Assembly (NCBI GenBank): GCA_028534125.1
Contig: CM052816.1
Span: forward strand, 17,796,001-17,860,000
DNA length: 64,000 nucleotides
Source: Lama glama
Taxonomy: Eukaryota
Reading direction: 5' to 3'
Below, piece after piece: positions 61,161 to 64,000 of this stretch. A program made the position numbers and the translations under genes. Every line of letters starts with the position of its first letter. Position 1 is the stretch's first letter. The notes beneath the pieces are model-generated. The model worked only from the letters and a program-made list of their open reading frames with translations. It searched no databases and had not been told where the DNA came from.

Positions 61161-62884
61161 TTTTAAAAAATATTTGGTAATATAAAATATTTCTTAAGAA
61201 GGAAATATGGTTTTCAGCCATTTTGCCTGAAACATGTACTTGGTATGGGTAATCCAGTGCTGGCCAAGCACATAGTAGGCCCTCATTTGTGACTTGTTGA
61301 CTGCCTGGAAAGACAGTGTAGGGGACAGCTCCCTTGGCCGGTGCATGAGTCTAGCACATGGTCAGACATGGCCACCTCAGTGGGCCCTTGTGTCTCAGCA
61401 CCTCTCATGAGGTGATCAACACTTGTGGTTCCCAGAAGAAAACGGATGCCTAGTGAAGATCATTAACATGAAGAGATGTGAAGAGGTTTGTGAAATGATG
61501 GTTCTTAACCCAAAAATAGAGATTTGAAGTAAACTGGAGCTGAGAATCGCATGAGAATGAGAGCACTGACTCCACAAAGCAGGAACAAGGAAAGCAGTTC
61601 ATGAACTGGTTTCAGCAAAGCCTCCAGCCAGTGTAAAGACTCCTATGGGTCACTTTTATGCTCTGCTATTGTCTGGCAGTTTGGGTGCTGGCGAATCTTT
61701 CAGGAAGGATCCATCCTTCCCTTATGCATTTTGCTGATCTATCTTTGCAGAATATTCGCCCCCACCTGCCTTCCTTTGCTCCCAGACATGCTTGAAGACG
61801 GTCTCCAGCACTTGTCTCCTTGCTGCAAGGCAGATACATACTTTGTGATGAATTTTCCAGCCAAAATGCAGGACCGGGGCGAGGAGACATATGCCCAGTA
61901 TAGATTGGCAGCAGATGGAGCTCATCAGGATGCATCAGAACAGTTGTCCAAGCCCTTGTGAAGTGCTAGCCTGCTGTTAACACCATCCTTCCCGCCTCTT
62001 TGGATTACTGGGCGTGCCCACTTCAGCTGGAAGCCAATCGGTACTGACGGCCCTGTTGCTCCAGGCTCAGAGCCCAGTCTCGGCGGGCACTGGGCAGCTG
62101 CTGGACAGAGGCAGGGCAGGGAGACAAGTGCACGAGGAACAACAGAAGCCCAAGTGCAAATCTAGCTATGCACGACAGCTCCACATTAACCTTCGCAGAA
62201 GCTTTCCTGGAAGGAAGCCTTGGCAGAGCCAAGCCAGCAGCTGGGTTTATGACTTTTCAAACCATCTGAACAATGAACGGGTTACTTGTCTGCAGCATTT
62301 GGTCCACTTGTGAGTGACCTGAGGATGCCTGGCATGGGAAGGAAACTGTTGTTCAGGTGACCAACCAGCTACCTGTCTACCTGTGAATGTGCAGCCTTGT
62401 CCTGAGTGCCTGTGAGACAGGAGCTGGTGTTCCCTTTGAGTGCTCTATTCTTCTGCTGGGTCTGCCCAATGCAATAGCCAGGAGTAGCTACCAGCAACAG
62501 AGGGTGGATAGCCTAAATCCTACTCAGGGCCTTGATGCCAGGACCATGCCTCCCTCTGGGCCATGGTTAGTAAATCCATGCCTGCTGATGGCTGAGGGGG
62601 CCTGGTGCAAGGGTGCCCTGGGTTTGTGCAGGATGAATGATGAGGATTTGTAATCTGAATTTGCATCTTCTGACTGAGGTCTTACACAAGGCAGTGTGCA
62701 GGGCAGAATGACATTGCAGAGAAGTACTAACTGAAATTCAAGCGCCCAGCAGAGCACCAGCACAGACATGGACACTGAGGTCATCCAGGATCAAGGTTCG
62801 TAATTTCTTTTGCCTTCGCGTGTCTTAGGTTTACCCTGGTCTGCCCAGGGCTCCTGCTGTGAGCAGAATATCCCTGTTGCAGAA

Positions 62885-63150
62885 GCATGGCGTGGCAGGC
62901 AGAAGAGCAGAGGGGTGGAAAGTTCTGCTTCTGGATTCAAGCAGATCTGTGTTCAGTTCAGAAACCTACCCTGTGGATGACTTTGGGCAAATACTTTAAC
63001 TAGTTTAAGTTCATGTCTTCACTGGAGAGGTGGAGATACAGACAATGGTATCTCCTCATGGAATTGTGTGAAGGTTTACATGGAGTAATCAATGTAAAGC
63101 ACTTGGAATGGGACCCGGTACATAACCCCCAGTAAATGCCATTATTTCCA
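62885..63150 (+). mobile_element. MIR SINE
   Basis: gatgactttgggcaaatactttaact...tgtgtgaaggtttacatggagtaatcaatgtaaagcacttggaa. Confidence 0.8.
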
Positions 63151-64000
63151 CCACTGTCATCATCATCAGCATCGTCAGCTACATTATAATTGGTAATAGG
63201 AAGGTCCATTGAACAGCAACCTTTCTGTTCTCTGTCATCAGTACCTTGCATTCAGTCAAAAATTATAAAACCCTTCTTGATTCCTGCTCCGTGTCGGAAG
63301 ACAGGGACGTCCACACGGCTTTGGTTTCTGCTGTCATAGAACTTACACCTTCTAGGGGTAAAAATTCATACACTTATTAAATTTCAATCATAAGTGTAAA
63401 AATAAGCAATGCCCCACGTGGTTATTAATTGCAGGGAAAAGTATAGTAATGATATTCATCTGTTGACAAACAGCCATGACCCGCAAGGTCTTTCCGTGGT
63501 TCATTTCACTGTCAGTCTGTGTCACAAAAATACTGTTGCTCTGGAAAGTGAGGCATGGAGAAGTAAGTCAGAGCCGCTGCAAAGCTCCTGCCCGTTCTTT
63601 GGTCTTGGCGTTCAGGAGACACTCCCTTTCCCCTTTTCCGCCTCCTGGGCCTCCCCCTCCTGTTCCGCTCCTCCTTCCTTCACCCCCAAGCACACGGCCA
63701 TTTGAAACCTGGGCACTCCAACGATTTCTTCAGGAGAAGAAGCAAAGATGCAGATCATGTCTCTTGTGATCTCCGCCTCTGCCCGCACTTGCTTCGGGTG
63801 TTGTCATCTCCTCGCACCTTCCTGAACAGATGCAAGCATCCTGTATCCAGGGAAGTGCCGTGGGTGCCTCAGAGCTGCAGATTTCCCTTGAAACGGAGGA
63901 GTTTATTCCATGAGATTATTCACGAGTCCCAGAGTTTGGTGACCAGAAATCTGGATTTAGAATAGCAGCTTCAGCTGTCTGCCCCTCTCCAAGTCAAAAG

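Larger units (their letters stand above)
40891..64000 (+). other. SPOCK1: Downstream intron of SPOCK1 (partial)
   Basis: Starts at the GTGAGT donor. I did not find the next exon (expected ACTDKELRNLASRLKDWF...) by eye. Confidence 0.8.

Noticed and set aside
1..64000. A previously undescribed multi-gene system, or tRNA/rRNA/snoRNA genes
   Set aside because: Nothing seen supports one. The window is explained by one SPOCK1 exon, introns and common repeats. Small ncRNAs cannot be excluded without an Infernal/Rfam search.

Overview
This is mammalian genomic DNA, not prokaryotic, so almost every ORF in the supplied track is incidental or derived from retroelements. The only host coding feature I can support is one 115-nt internal exon on the + strand (40776-40890). 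It has canonical splice sites and encodes CKLEFHACSTGRSLTTLCDGPCPCLPEPEPPKSRAEKN, which I recognise as the end of the Kazal-like domain of SPOCK1 (testican-1). The rest of the window is read as the two large flanking introns. These are filled with ancient repeats (L2, MIR, MaLR/MLT1 LTRs, hAT DNA transposons, old L1M, an ERV1 internal fragment) and several younger 5'-truncated L1 3' ends of a cetartiodactyl, probably camelid, type. I found no convincing novel biological system. The most interesting leads are inverted related L1 3' ends at 28-30 kb (possible fold-back dsRNA in the pre-mRNA), a MIR hit twice by L1, a GC-box minisatellite, and candidate regulatory palindromes and CTCF motifs. Repeat family names and boundaries were assigned by eye from remembered consensus features and are approximate.
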